Positions 44,945 to 55,170 of a DNA stretch of 64,000 nt are shown one piece after another. A program made the position numbers and the translations under genes. How positions within the stretch are numbered: the stretch's first letter is position 1; the number at the start of each line of letters is the position of its first letter. A model generated the notes under the pieces. It was given only the letters and a program-made list of their open reading frames with translations. It did no database searches and was not told the DNA's origin. Source of the stretch: Candidatus Falkowbacteria bacterium (GTDB taxonomy: Bacteria; Patescibacteriota; Patescibacteriia; Patescibacteriales; WJLG01). The stretch is taken from positions 98,903 through 162,902 of the forward strand of contig CAVVFV010000012.1 in the NCBI GenBank assembly GCA_963747695.1, read 5' to 3'.

Positions 44945-47479
44945 GTGGCAAAGATATTGAATTCTATGAATTACGGTGAAAATTTGCCAAATATATATTC
45001 CGCGTCGGTAATCAGCGCCGGCGTCGATTGGCCGTTGATTATATTTTATGTCGCAATCGCGGCTATTTTTTTAATCATCGTTTTGATTGCCTTGCGGATA
45101 ATCCGGAATTATTTTGTCCGCAATCAATATTTGAACCAGACGGTTTTCCTGGTCAGGTTGCCTAAGGAGAAACCGGGCGAAGAGAGAAAAGACCAGACGG
45201 TGCAGGAGCTTCGCGAAGAAATCGCGGTGGGCGAGGCGATTTTCAACAGTATCGGCGGCGCGCGCGCCCAGCGCGGGTTGAATGCCTGGCTGTTCGGGCG
45301 GCAGGATCATTTTTCCTTCGAGATCGTCGCGTCGGAAAAGAAAATATATTTTTACGTGGTGACGCCGGCCGATTCGGCGCGCTATATCGAACAGCAGATC
45401 CACGCCCATTATCCGGACGCGCTGGTCGAGGAAGTGCCGGATTATAATATTTTCAATCCCTCGGCTAAAGTTTTCGCCAGCAGCTTGAAGACGAAAAAGA
45501 GTTTCGTCTTTCCTTTGCGCACTTACAATAAGATGGAGATCGACCCGATGAATTCGCTGGTCAATGTGATGAGCAAATTGGACAAGGACGAATCGATGGC
45601 GGTGCAGGTTCTGGTGCGCAGCGCCAAAGGTTCCTGGCACCGGAAAATTTCTCAGGTGGTGCGGGAAGTTAATCGCGGCAAAAAAGTCGGGGAGGCGGTC
45701 GGTTCCGGCGTTTTCAATCAGATCCTTAATTTTCTGGGCTCGGTGGCCCGGGAAGCCAAGCCGAAAAGCGAACGGGAAAAAGAGAATAAAGAACCTAAGA
45801 AGCTGTCGCAGATGGAAGAGGAAATGCTCAAGAGCATGGAAGAAAAAAATTCCAAGGCCGGATTGGATGTGAATATCCGCATCATCGTCAGCACTAAAAA
45901 TGAACATAACGGCAAAGCGTATCTTTTGAATATGACGAATGCGATGGCTGAATATAATTATTACGAATACGGCAACATTTTCAAGGTCAAGAATTATCAA
46001 TTCATCAACGCGGTCGTCCGCGATTTCATTTATCGCCGTTTCAATCCCGGCATCGGTTTTATCCTGAATATCGAAGAGCTGGATAGCATCTATCATTTTC
46101 CTTTGAAGAACTTGGAAACGCCGAATATCGCCTGGCTGACAGCGAGACAAGCGCCGGCTCCGTCGAACATCCCCACCGAGGGAATTGTTCTGGGAAAAAA
46201 TTTATATCGCGGCGTGGAAAAGGAGATCCGTATCAAGCGGGCGGATCGGCGCCGGCATATGTACATCATCGGCAAGTCCGGCGTAGGCAAATCCGTCCTG
46301 ATCGCCGGTTTGGCCATCCAGGATATTTTGAATGGCGAAGGCGTCTGCGTGATGGATCCGCACGGCGATCTGATCGAAGATATCTTGCGCCGCATCCCTC
46401 CGGAACGCGCCGAAGACGTGATTTTATTTTCGCCGGCCGATATCGAACGGCCGATGGGTTTGAATCTGATCGAGTTCGACGCCCGCTATCCGGAACAGAA
46501 AACTTTCGTCATCAATGAATTGATCAAGATTTTTGATAAATTATACGATTTGAAAACCACCGGCGGGCCGATGTTCGAACAATATATGCGCAATGCGTTA
46601 TTGCTGATTATGGCGCATGTCGAATCCGGTTCGACTCTGATGGAAGTGCCCAGAGTCTTATCGGATCCGGATTTCCGCAAACTGAAGATCCAGAATTGCC
46701 CGGATATCACTGTGGTCGATTTTTGGCAGAAACAGGCGGAAAAAGCCGGCGGCGAAGCGGCTTTGGCCAATATCGTGCCCTACATCACCTCCAAACTGAC
46801 TCAATTCGTTTCCAATGATACGATGCGCCCGATCATTGGCCAGCAGAACAGCTCGTTCAATTTGCGCGACGTGATGGATAAGCAGAAAATCCTTTTAGTC
46901 GATTTGTCCAAAGGCAAGATCGGCGATATGAATGCCTATCTTTTGGGTTTGATCATCGTGGGTAAAATTCTGATGGCCGCTTTGTCCCGCGCCGATATGC
47001 CGGATTCGGCCCGCAAAGATTTTTATCTGTATATCGATGAATTTCAAAATTTCACCACCGATTCCATTAACACAATTTTATCAGAAGCTCGCAAGTATGG
47101 CCTAAATCTGATCATCGCTCACCAATATCTCGGCCAGCTGGGCAAAGAAGGGGAGGCGATCCGTTCGGCGGTTTTTGGTAACGTCGGAAGCTGGTTCACC
47201 TTCAAGATCGGCACGGAAGACGCGGAAATACTCGCGAAGGAATATTCCCCGGTTTTCAATGAATATGATCTCATCAACATCGAAGCTTTCACCGCCTATG
47301 TTAAATTATTGATTGATAATACCGCGTCTCGGCCGTTCTCGATGAAAACAATGTGGCCGCTGCCGGGCCAGGATCGGCCCGAAGTCGCTGATAAGATAAA
47401 AACCCTAAGCCGCCTGAAATATGGCCGCGACCGCTCGCTGATCGAGGCGGAAATCAACAAGAGATTGACTTTATTTTAA
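44945..47479 (+). CDS. Type IV secretion coupling-protein-like (TraD/VirD4/TraG-type) ATPase
   Basis: An N-terminal TM helix, Walker A IIGKSGVGKS, Walker B-like LYIDEFQNF, and RKYGLNLIIAHQYLGQL. The start is uncertain (GTG 44945 or ATG 44966). Confidence 0.75.
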   Translation: MAKILNSMNYGENLPNIYSASVISAGVDWPLIIFYVAIAAIFLIIVLIALRIIRNYFVRNQYLNQTVFLVRLPKEKPGEERKDQTVQELREEIAVGEAIFNSIGGARAQRGLNAWLFGRQDHFSFEIVASEKKIYFYVVTPADSARYIEQQIHAHYPDALVEEVPDYNIFNPSAKVFASSLKTKKSFVFPLRTYNKMEIDPMNSLVNVMSKLDKDESMAVQVLVRSAKGSWHRKISQVVREVNRGKKVGEAVGSGVFNQILNFLGSVAREAKPKSEREKENKEPKKLSQMEEEMLKSMEEKNSKAGLDVNIRIIVSTKNEHNGKAYLLNMTNAMAEYNYYEYGNIFKVKNYQFINAVVRDFIYRRFNPGIGFILNIEELDSIYHFPLKNLETPNIAWLTARQAPAPSNIPTEGIVLGKNLYRGVEKEIRIKRADRRRHMYIIGKSGVGKSVLIAGLAIQDILNGEGVCVMDPHGDLIEDILRRIPPERAEDVILFSPADIERPMGLNLIEFDARYPEQKTFVINELIKIFDKLYDLKTTGGPMFEQYMRNALLLIMAHVESGSTLMEVPRVLSDPDFRKLKIQNCPDITVVDFWQKQAEKAGGEAALANIVPYITSKLTQFVSNDTMRPIIGQQNSSFNLRDVMDKQKILLVDLSKGKIGDMNAYLLGLIIVGKILMAALSRADMPDSARKDFYLYIDEFQNFTTDSINTILSEARKYGLNLIIAHQYLGQLGKEGEAIRSAVFGNVGSWFTFKIGTEDAEILAKEYSPVFNEYDLINIEAFTAYVKLLIDNTASRPFSMKTMWPLPGQDRPEVADKIKTLSRLKYGRDRSLIEAEINKRLTLF

Positions 47480-47522
47480 ATCCGTGATTGTCAGATCTTA
47501 TGGCTAGTTTAATGATAGTTTC

Positions 47523-47546
47523 AGCCCTTGAAAGAAGGGCTTTTTT
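47523..47546 (+). terminator. Rho-independent terminator
   Basis: AGCCCTT-GAAAG-AAGGGCT followed by TTTTT. Confidence 0.75.
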
Positions 47547-47596
47547 GATATAGAATATAAGCAGAAATAAACATAAAAATTAAACAAACAAAAAAT

Positions 47597-48511
47597 ATGC
47601 CAAATTTAGATTTTAACGCCGGTTTTGAACCGGAAGAAGGCTCGACTGGCGGGGAAAATTTATCAGGGCTGGGTTTTCATCCGGCTGATGAAAACGAGGA
47701 AGATTTAGAGGAAGAACTTGAGGAAGATAACGAAGAGGAAGATGATGACGAGGAGGATTTTGATTTAGCCGATGAGGAAGATCCCGATGCATCCGCTCCT
47801 GTTTTGGGCGGCATTGCTTCCGGCCCGGTTATAGTTTCGGCGAGTGATGACGAAGACGATGAGGACGAGGACGATGAAGATGGCGAAGAATTGACCGAGG
47901 AGATCGACGAGGATGATGACGAGGAAGATACCGACGAAGCGGCTGCGGAAAATCCGGACGATGATTGCGTGGTCATTTCCAAATCCAAAATTATTTTAGC
48001 CAGGCGGCTTTTGGAAAATATCAAAAAAAGCACTGACGGATTGATTTCCCTGTTTTCCGGCGAGATGGATGACGGCGACGAAGATCGTATCAGCATCGGC
48101 GAAATAACCGACGGGATGGTTGAGAATGACGAAGAAGGCGGCAAAGTCATCGAAGGCGTTTTTGACGGCGAAAATATGATCGGTCCGGACGGCAAAGAAT
48201 ACTCGGTACCGGCTAACTACGCTTCCAAATCGAAATTAGTCGAAGGCGATATGTTGAAATTGACCATCACCGACCGCGGCACCTTCATCTATAAACAAAC
48301 CAAACCGGTCGAACGGAAACGCCTGATCGGCAAATTGGAAAAAGATGTTAACGGAAATTATGTGGTTAAGGCCGAGCACAAGAAATTCCGCGTCATCACC
48401 GCGAGCATCACCTATTACAAAGGCATTCCGGGCGACAAAGTTGTCTTGCTGATTCCAGTTGCCGGCGACAGCGCCTGGGGAGCGGTGGATAATGTAATTA
48501 AATCAAAATGA
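47597..48511 (+). CDS. Hypothetical protein with extremely acidic N-terminal half
   Basis: Residues 30-125 or so are almost pure Asp/Glu runs. The C-terminal 110 aa or so look globular (beta-rich). Confidence 0.55.
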   Translation: MPNLDFNAGFEPEEGSTGGENLSGLGFHPADENEEDLEEELEEDNEEEDDDEEDFDLADEEDPDASAPVLGGIASGPVIVSASDDEDDEDEDDEDGEELTEEIDEDDDEEDTDEAAAENPDDDCVVISKSKIILARRLLENIKKSTDGLISLFSGEMDDGDEDRISIGEITDGMVENDEEGGKVIEGVFDGENMIGPDGKEYSVPANYASKSKLVEGDMLKLTITDRGTFIYKQTKPVERKRLIGKLEKDVNGNYVVKAEHKKFRVITASITYYKGIPGDKVVLLIPVAGDSAWGAVDNVIKSK

Positions 48512-48573
48512 AAAAGTCAAAATGAAAAGTTAAATAATTTTTCATTTTGAGATTTTAAATTTAAATTATTTTC

Positions 48574-50199
48574 ATGGCCACTCTTTATCGAAAATACCGT
48601 CCGCAGACTTTTAAAGAAGCGGTCGGGCAGAATCATATCAAGATCACTCTGCAAAATGAGATCGGCACGGGCAAGATCGCCCATGCCTATCTTTTTTGCG
48701 GCCCTCGAGCCGTCGGCAAAACGACTTTCGCCCGCCTGATGGCCAAGGCGGTCAATTGTCTGAACCGCAAAGAAGGGGAGTTCGAGCCGTGCGATAAATG
48801 CTCGTCATGTCTGGAAATCATAGCCGGCCGCAGTCTGGATATCGTGGAGATCGATGCCGCTTCGCATACCGGCGTGGATAATGTCCGGGAAAACATCATC
48901 GCTTCCGCCCGCGTCACGCCGACCAAATATAAATATAAAGTTTTCATCATCGATGAAGTGCACATGCTTTCCATTTCCGCTTTTAACGCTTTGTTGAAAT
49001 TGATCGAAGAGCCGCCGGCGCATGTGATTTTCATCCTTTGCACCACCGAGATCCATAAAGTTCCGGCGACGATCATTTCCCGCTGCGAGCGGTTTGATTT
49101 TCGTCGCATCAGCATCGAAGATTCGGTAAAAAAATTAACTTATATCGTCAAGGAAGAGGGGATTAAAGTCGAGCGGGAAATTTTGGAAGCGATCGCCCGC
49201 CAGGCCGAAGGCCATTTGCGCGACGCCGAAAGCTTGTTGGGGCAATTGGTTTCGATTTCCGGCAAAGAGATCACCCGCGCCGAAGCCGATCTGGTCATTC
49301 CCCGGTCCGACATCGCCGAAATCGTCAAACTTCTGGAATTCTTGATCAAGAAAGACGCGTCCGGAGCCATCGCCCTGATCAACAAGATGATTGATGACGG
49401 GGTTGATCCGGAAAAATTTGTCGGCGATTTCGTCGAAATAATGCGGAAGATTCTGCTTTCGAAGATCAATCCGAACCTGGGCGAGCGCCTCGGGCTCGAT
49501 GTGGGCGAAAGCTTTGAGATGAAGATCAATGACCTGAAAAAGAATCTGGAGAGCGGCGCGCTGATCGTCATTTTGGAAAAATTCATCAAGGCAAGAGCGG
49601 AAATGAAAAATAGTTTTATCGTACAGTTGCCGGTGGAATTGGCGATCGCCGAATTGTGCCTGGATAAAGCTCTGCAGCCGAAGGCGGCAGTTAGCGCGCC
49701 GAGCGAAGGAATTTCAAAGAATCGTCCGACCGCGGTCGCGAGCGTTGCGGAAAAGAATAATGCAGCCGTCGAAGCGCCGAATTTTTCAACCGGTTCCGTT
49801 CCCGATCGGGAGATGATTTTATCGCGCTGGAGCGAGGTTTTAGCCAAGATAAAAAAATATAATCATTCGCTATCCTTCATTTTGCATCTCTGTCAGCCGC
49901 GCGATCTGGCCGGCAACCGATTATGTCTGGCTTTCAAATATAAATTCCATAAGGATCGGATCAATGAAGCCAAGATGAAAGAAATCGTCCAGAATGTTTT
50001 GCGCGAAGTTTATGGTACGCCGATGACGATCGAAGCGGTGATTGATGAAAATATGGAAGTCGAAGGAAACGCCACCAAAGGCGTTACGGCTGATGCCGAA
50101 GTTGAAGTGGAAGTGCCGGAAGACGAATCAGCGCAACCGGCCGGCAAAGATATGATGTCCGATCTCCTTAAAACTTTCGGCGGAAAAATAGTAGGATAA
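48574..50199 (+). CDS. dnaX: DNA polymerase III subunit gamma/tau
   Basis: YRPQTFKEAVGQ, Walker A GPRAVGKTT, the zinc module CxxCxxC (EPCDKCSSC), and DEVHMLS. Confidence 0.9.
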   Translation: MATLYRKYRPQTFKEAVGQNHIKITLQNEIGTGKIAHAYLFCGPRAVGKTTFARLMAKAVNCLNRKEGEFEPCDKCSSCLEIIAGRSLDIVEIDAASHTGVDNVRENIIASARVTPTKYKYKVFIIDEVHMLSISAFNALLKLIEEPPAHVIFILCTTEIHKVPATIISRCERFDFRRISIEDSVKKLTYIVKEEGIKVEREILEAIARQAEGHLRDAESLLGQLVSISGKEITRAEADLVIPRSDIAEIVKLLEFLIKKDASGAIALINKMIDDGVDPEKFVGDFVEIMRKILLSKINPNLGERLGLDVGESFEMKINDLKKNLESGALIVILEKFIKARAEMKNSFIVQLPVELAIAELCLDKALQPKAAVSAPSEGISKNRPTAVASVAEKNNAAVEAPNFSTGSVPDREMILSRWSEVLAKIKKYNHSLSFILHLCQPRDLAGNRLCLAFKYKFHKDRINEAKMKEIVQNVLREVYGTPMTIEAVIDENMEVEGNATKGVTADAEVEVEVPEDESAQPAGKDMMSDLLKTFGGKIVG

Positions 50200-50335
50200 T
50201 TATAAATTATAAGTGATAAATTATAAATAAATTTATTGACATAATCACTGAAATGATTTAACATTTTTTTGCGCCCCATCAGAGGTGCTTTTATTAAAAT
50301 TTATAATTTATAATCAATAATTTGTAATTGATTTT

Positions 50336-50406
50336 TGGGAGATCGTCCAACGGTAGGACGTCGCGCTCTGGACGCGGTAATCATGGTTCGAATCCATGTC
50401 TCCCAG
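50336..50406 (+). tRNA. tRNA-Gln (anticodon CTG)
   Basis: Hand-folded cloverleaf. The acceptor stem is TGGGAGA/TCTCCCA (U1-A72). The D-stem is GTCC/GGAC and the anticodon stem is TCGCG/CGCGG. The anticodon loop is CT-CTG-GA (anticodon at 50368-50370). The T-arm is CATGG-TTCGAAT-CCATG and the discriminator is G. CCA is not encoded. Confidence 0.9.
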
Positions 50407-51895
50407 CACTAATCATACTAAGTCCTTTTTCAGGAAAAATTTTTAACGCTTCGCGAAGCGAAGCGTAAGGTTTGATGGGCACAAATTTGAGTTTTTGATT
50501 TATCAAAAACAAGTTCGAGCCGAAGATTTTTTGGAGATGTGCCTTTTTGGCACATAAATCGTCATTGGTTGCTGAAAGAGCAAGCAATGACGCATCTTTT
50601 ATCCATTCCCGCATCGGTTCGAGCCAACTTCCGGCGTTCTGTTCCAAACGGGCTATTTGCTCCTCAAGTGACCTCTTTTCGGAGATGACAGCCTTCCGGC
50701 GGTTTAGGTAGTCTTCCCGCTCGATATCCTGGGCTACATAGAGGTCGGTGAGCCGCTCGAGGTTGCGGGAAAGGCCTTGTGCCTTCTCCTGCAAGCCCTG
50801 GACGAACGTCGCCGTCTTCTGCTTAGATTCTTGCTCATCTTCATTTGTTCTCCTCGTGAGCTCATTAGCTATCTCTTCCGGCATCGAAAATTCAGATAAT
50901 AGATTTGATAGCTCGGAAACTAAAATTTCTTCTCTGACATACGATTGAGAACATTTGATCGTCGTTGATTTCTTGGTACAGCGATAATAGGTATGAGATT
51001 TTTGGACTTCGGCGGTGATCATTTTTCCGCACTCGCCGCAATGCAATAAACCGCATAAAGGTTTGGGGTCATTTCCGGTTCTCTGCGGATGGCCTCGCTC
51101 AATCAAAACATTTTGGACTTTATCCCATAACCGCTTCTCAATGAGCGGTTTATGCTTGCCCTCATAAATATCGCCGTTATATCGGAATACGCCGTAATAG
51201 AAAGGATTGGAGAGAATAAATTTAGCTCTGTCCTTATGTAGCGGTTTATCGCCCGTGCTTTTAACACCTTGTTTAAAAAGAAAGTTAGAAATATCCTCGA
51301 GGCGATAATTGCCCTTGGAGTAGAGCTCAAAAGCGGCGCGGATGGTTTTAGACTTCCGTCGGTCAACGACAATCGTTTTTGCCCGCACATCGTTTAGATA
51401 GCCGGTCGGAGCCGTGCCGGGAAAGTGTCCTAGTCGCGCCTTCTGCCTAAGTCCGCGGCTCGTATTGGAGCTCAAGTCGCGAATGAATTGGTTGGCCATC
51501 CCCAATTCAACGGCCATTAGTAGAACGTTGTCGTTAGGGCGATAGCTTTTGTCCGGCATTAGGATATGCTCGATTATGCTCTGCTGGATCATCCAGCTTA
51601 TTTGTCCGCCGTCCACCGGATTGCGCGCCAAACGGTCAAGTTTCCAGCAGACTATCCCTTTGGCTTCGCCCTTGTTAATCCGTTTCAGCATATCGTTAAA
51701 GACCGGACGGCCCGGAGCTTTGGCCGATTGTTTTTCCACGAATTCGCGGACGATCTCGATATGTTCGTCCTTGGCCAGCTCGCGCAGTTCGACGAGCTGA
51801 GCTTCGATGGACAAAACTTGTTTGTCCTCGACATCGGTCGATTTGCGGGCGTAAAGAAAATAGTTATTTACCGAAGGTATATTGTTTGTTATCAT
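50381..51895 (-). CDS. Large serine recombinase (resolvase domain, recombinase domain, zinc ribbon, coiled coil)
   Basis: N-terminal YARKSTDVEDKQVLSIEAQ (catalytic Ser context) and WKLDRLARN. The zinc ribbon is CGECGKMITAEV...YYRC, followed by a long C-terminal coiled coil. The last 26 nt overlap tRNA-Gln on the opposite strand. Confidence 0.9.
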   Translation of the reverse strand: MITNNIPSVNNYFLYARKSTDVEDKQVLSIEAQLVELRELAKDEHIEIVREFVEKQSAKAPGRPVFNDMLKRINKGEAKGIVCWKLDRLARNPVDGGQISWMIQQSIIEHILMPDKSYRPNDNVLLMAVELGMANQFIRDLSSNTSRGLRQKARLGHFPGTAPTGYLNDVRAKTIVVDRRKSKTIRAAFELYSKGNYRLEDISNFLFKQGVKSTGDKPLHKDRAKFILSNPFYYGVFRYNGDIYEGKHKPLIEKRLWDKVQNVLIERGHPQRTGNDPKPLCGLLHCGECGKMITAEVQKSHTYYRCTKKSTTIKCSQSYVREEILVSELSNLLSEFSMPEEIANELTRRTNEDEQESKQKTATFVQGLQEKAQGLSRNLERLTDLYVAQDIEREDYLNRRKAVISEKRSLEEQIARLEQNAGSWLEPMREWIKDASLLALSATNDDLCAKKAHLQKIFGSNLFLINQKLKFVPIKPYASLREALKIFPEKGLSMISAGRHGFEP

Positions 51896-51946
51896 AATAA
51901 TGAAAGCATTTCTTATTATTTTTTATATACTTATGATAGCATTATT

Positions 51947-52162
51947 ATGAAGAACGTGCAAAGCCAATCAAAACTTGGAAATAATATCAAAAAGTATCGA
52001 GCCAAACTCGGCTTGACGCAGGAAGAATTAGTAAAAAAATCGGATGTAAAATATACGACGCTTTCCAAAATAGAAAGTGGTGTTATAAAAATGCCAAGCG
52101 TTCAGATAGCGGCAAAAATAGCAAAAGCCCTCCTTGTTTCCATTGAAGATTTAATGAAATAA
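51947..52162 (+). CDS. XRE-family helix-turn-helix transcriptional regulator
   Basis: LGNNIKKYRAKLGLTQEELVKKSDVKYTTLSKIESG is a canonical HTH_3 motif. The gene is divergent from the recombinase, with a 51-bp spacer. Confidence 0.8.
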   Translation: MKNVQSQSKLGNNIKKYRAKLGLTQEELVKKSDVKYTTLSKIESGVIKMPSVQIAAKIAKALLVSIEDLMK

Positions 52163-52782
52163 TAATTTATGAAAAAAACAAGAAAAAAAATTCTCGTGAT
52201 GATTTTTTTAGTATTTTATTTTGCGTTTTCTGCTGCAACGGCCTTGGCGGATGGCGCGTTAGTGGAATACGATCCTTATAATGCAGTAAATTATGATCTG
52301 AAAGCGGAAAATAGCCAGCAGGCGGTAATTAGCTATGAAAAAGGCGTGCAGAAAATGGTTTTGGCCGTTGACTTCGCGAGCCACTTCGAATAGAAATGAC
52401 GTTTGGATTTTTCCGGTTCCCGCCAGTGCCGATAAAATTAAAATGGATATTGTTTCCAACATTCCTTCTCTGGCCGGCCAAAATCTTTCCGATTCGGTTT
52501 CCGCTAATCTTTACTATGTTAAGAAAGATATTGAATCGACTCAGGTCTACCCATTAGTTTATCGGATTATTTCCAGAATTATAACCTTAAACAGTAATCA
52601 GTCATCAGACGAGTTAGGGTTGGGGGCTGTCGATAACGGAACATCAGCCAATCCTGTGCCAGATGTTATTGTCCAGAGCCATTTAGAAAAGGGCGGCATG
52701 GTTTCCGAAATTATTTCCGCCAAGACGGCCGATGGTCTGGCGAAGTATTTTAAAGACAAGGGGTTAAATTTTGACAATAAAT

Positions 52783-53835
52783 TGTTACAATTGCAGCAAT
52801 TAGGGTTACCTTTCGGGTTTCGTTCCAGTGTAAAATGGTGGCAGGATTATTTAACTAATAATTTTGCCCAACCATATGCGCCGAAACACCCAAGAGGCTC
52901 TAATTGCCATGAAAAAAGAAATTTTAGACTCTTGCATTGCCAAAACCATGAAATGCAAGGACGGAGCTAAGCTGCTCGATTTTCACCCGAAATACTTTTC
53001 CCGTCTGAAAAAAGAATATTTGAAATACGGCGTAGCCGCTCTGATTCCCAAACCGCCGGGTCCCAAAAATGGGTTCATCGCTAAAAATCGGACGTCGGAA
53101 ACACTGGAAAATCTGGTCTGTGAATTGGCGCGGAATAATACTTCTTCCGGTCCGACCGAATTGGCCGATCAACTGAAAGATAATTACGGATTTGAAATTA
53201 ATCAATCAACTATTTTTAGAATTCTGCGGCGGAAGAAAATCAGATATTGCCGCGATTACCAGCCGATCATCAAACAAAAACCGCAATTATACTGCCTGGA
53301 AACGCCAGGCGAAGAATTACAGCTGGATGCCTGCCATCCGTTCGGACGCGGCCGGCAACTGGTCTGTTTCGACGCCATTGATGATTGTTCCCGTTATGTC
53401 TGCGCCAAATTGTATGACCGAGAAAATGCCGCCAACGCCATCGAATTCATTAAATATTTAATTCAACACGCCCCATTCACGATTAAAAGGATTAGAATTG
53501 ATAATCGCAGCAAGAACAAAATTCGCGAATTCTGTGAATCGATTGGCATCGAAGTTATCGTCAACGACGCCCACGAGCCGAAACAGAATGGCAAGATTGA
53601 ACGATTTCATCGCACTATTAAACGCTCATTTTTTTGGAAATATTGCGGCTTCTACGACGACCAAGAACTATTGGATTATCGCTTGCAACAATGGCTGGCT
53701 TATTACAACGAGAAACGCCGTCATGGCGGCTATGGCATGAACCGCTTAACGCCAATCCAGAAAATCGCGGCAGCTTTGTTTAATTCTTTAAATATCATTC
53801 CTCGCAAAAAGGTAACCTTGACTATGCAATCGTAC
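52783..53835 (+). mobile_element. IS481-like insertion sequence
   Basis: About 1.05 kb with a single HTH plus DDE (rve) ORF. The imperfect terminal IRs are TGTTACAATTGCAG... and ...(rc) TGTACGATTGCAT, both followed by GGTTACCTTT. It is flanked by a 16-17-bp direct repeat AAATTTTGACAATAAAT (52766-52782 and 53836-53852). Confidence 0.75.
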
Positions 53836-53844
53836 AAATTTTGA
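52864..53844 (+). CDS. IS481-family DDE transposase (integrase-core/rve domain)
   Basis: An N-terminal HTH and the DDE contexts LQLDACH, IRIDNRS and PKQNGKIERFHRTIK. The likely true start is ATG 52876 or 52909. Confidence 0.85.
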   Translation: MPNHMRRNTQEALIAMKKEILDSCIAKTMKCKDGAKLLDFHPKYFSRLKKEYLKYGVAALIPKPPGPKNGFIAKNRTSETLENLVCELARNNTSSGPTELADQLKDNYGFEINQSTIFRILRRKKIRYCRDYQPIIKQKPQLYCLETPGEELQLDACHPFGRGRQLVCFDAIDDCSRYVCAKLYDRENAANAIEFIKYLIQHAPFTIKRIRIDNRSKNKIREFCESIGIEVIVNDAHEPKQNGKIERFHRTIKRSFFWKYCGFYDDQELLDYRLQQWLAYYNEKRRHGGYGMNRLTPIQKIAAALFNSLNIIPRKKVTLTMQSYKF

Positions 53845-55170
53845 CAATAAATCAATTCCTGCCCTGCAAAAGTATTTTGGCCGCGACTATTCCTTTGTCG
53901 CTTCTTGGATAAACACTGGCGCTAATGTTTCGTCAACTGCTGCTGCGATTACCGCCAGCTCGCCCGTGCAAAACAACCCGAATTTGGTGACGGCCGATTT
54001 CATTGATAAGGCTTTTTCTTTTTACTATGGTCAGAGGGGAAGATTCCCAAAGTTTGCAGAGCTTCGTGATCAGATCCTGGATAAGCAACAGAGCGAACCT
54101 CTCCCGCCAGGCCAATTTCATAATGATGCTTATTTTCAGGCACGGCAGGAGGCAATTGATCAAGCGTTGGCTGATGATATAAATCATGATAATACTATAG
54201 TAGCCGATCAGCTCGGCGGACAAAAAATTACCGTACCGACGCAAAAAATGATCGATGATTATGTTAATGGAGAAAGCATTAGCGTCCTCCCTCAAGGTGG
54301 TCAAAGCACCTTTAATGGCCGCGGAATTTATCTTTCTTTTCCGACCGATAAAATTTATTTTCCATTAATGTTGACCAGCGTTTATGGAGATAAAATAATT
54401 CCCGCTGAAATAAGAGTAATCTCGCCGGTCGCTCCGAAAATTTTCGGCAATATCCGCATGTTTGCTAAAACTTCCTACTATTCTAATGCTTCTTTGGTTT
54501 TTCGGGATGCGGCGTTGCAGGATTTTTATTCCGGCAGTAAAACCGATTTTATTTACACAAAGATCGACATCAACGCGCCAGCTAAAAATTTAACTAATGA
54601 TCTTTGGATCAGTCCCAATCCTTCATTCCAATATAATTTAATTTCCCTGTTTAATAATTCCTTGTTCTCTTTCTTTATTATTTTAGTGTTATCTTCTTTG
54701 CTGTCAGGAATCATGGCTGGCTGGTTGCTCTCCAGGTTTGCGTGGAAAAGAACGTTGCGTTTTGCCCTAATCGGTTTTTTTAATGTTTTTAGTTTGATTG
54801 GCTTAATTATCGCCGCCAAGTTTCTATTTGTCGATTTTAAGAATGATGGCTATCCTCAATGGGCTTTTTTGCCCCGCGATTTCCGGAGATGGCTTTTCGT
54901 TCCGTTTTTTTCCGCATTATTTATGGGCTGTACTTGGCTAATCATTGAGCTTATAAAAATAATTATTTAATAAAAAATTATATCATTCTGTAATGAATAA
55001 AATTATGAAAAATTTAGTAATAGAGCAGTTTGAACAAGGAATTATAGAACAGGTATGCAGTATCATGGAAGGCGGAGAAAAGGCTTTTAATTAGAGAAAG
55101 AGTAAATATTAGATTTCATTGCGACATTCAACGATGAAATAACATAAAGTTTTTTATCAGAAAGATCATC

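Larger units (their letters stand above)
52169..54970 (+). pseudogene. Secreted/membrane-anchored protein gene disrupted by an IS element (plus one apparent frameshift)
   Basis: A signal peptide is encoded at 52169, and the frame changes near 52335-52393. The reading frame ...GLNFDNK| is broken at 52782 and resumes exactly as FDNK|SIPALQKYF at 53840. The C-terminus has three TM helices. Confidence 0.6.

Noticed and set aside
45071-46150. A 359-aa minus-strand ORF inside the coupling-protein-like gene
   Set aside because: It lies entirely antisense to a motif-supported plus-strand gene. Its translation is low-complexity (R/H/F/I-rich) with no start context. It is a typical shadow ORF.
50381-50406. 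Recombinase ORF overlapping the tRNA-Gln gene, considered as genuine dual coding
   Set aside because: It is better explained as an integration junction. The native recombinase tail is visible at 55300-55347 and at 62003-62048 (reverse complement). The tRNA-derived codons are a by-product of insertion.
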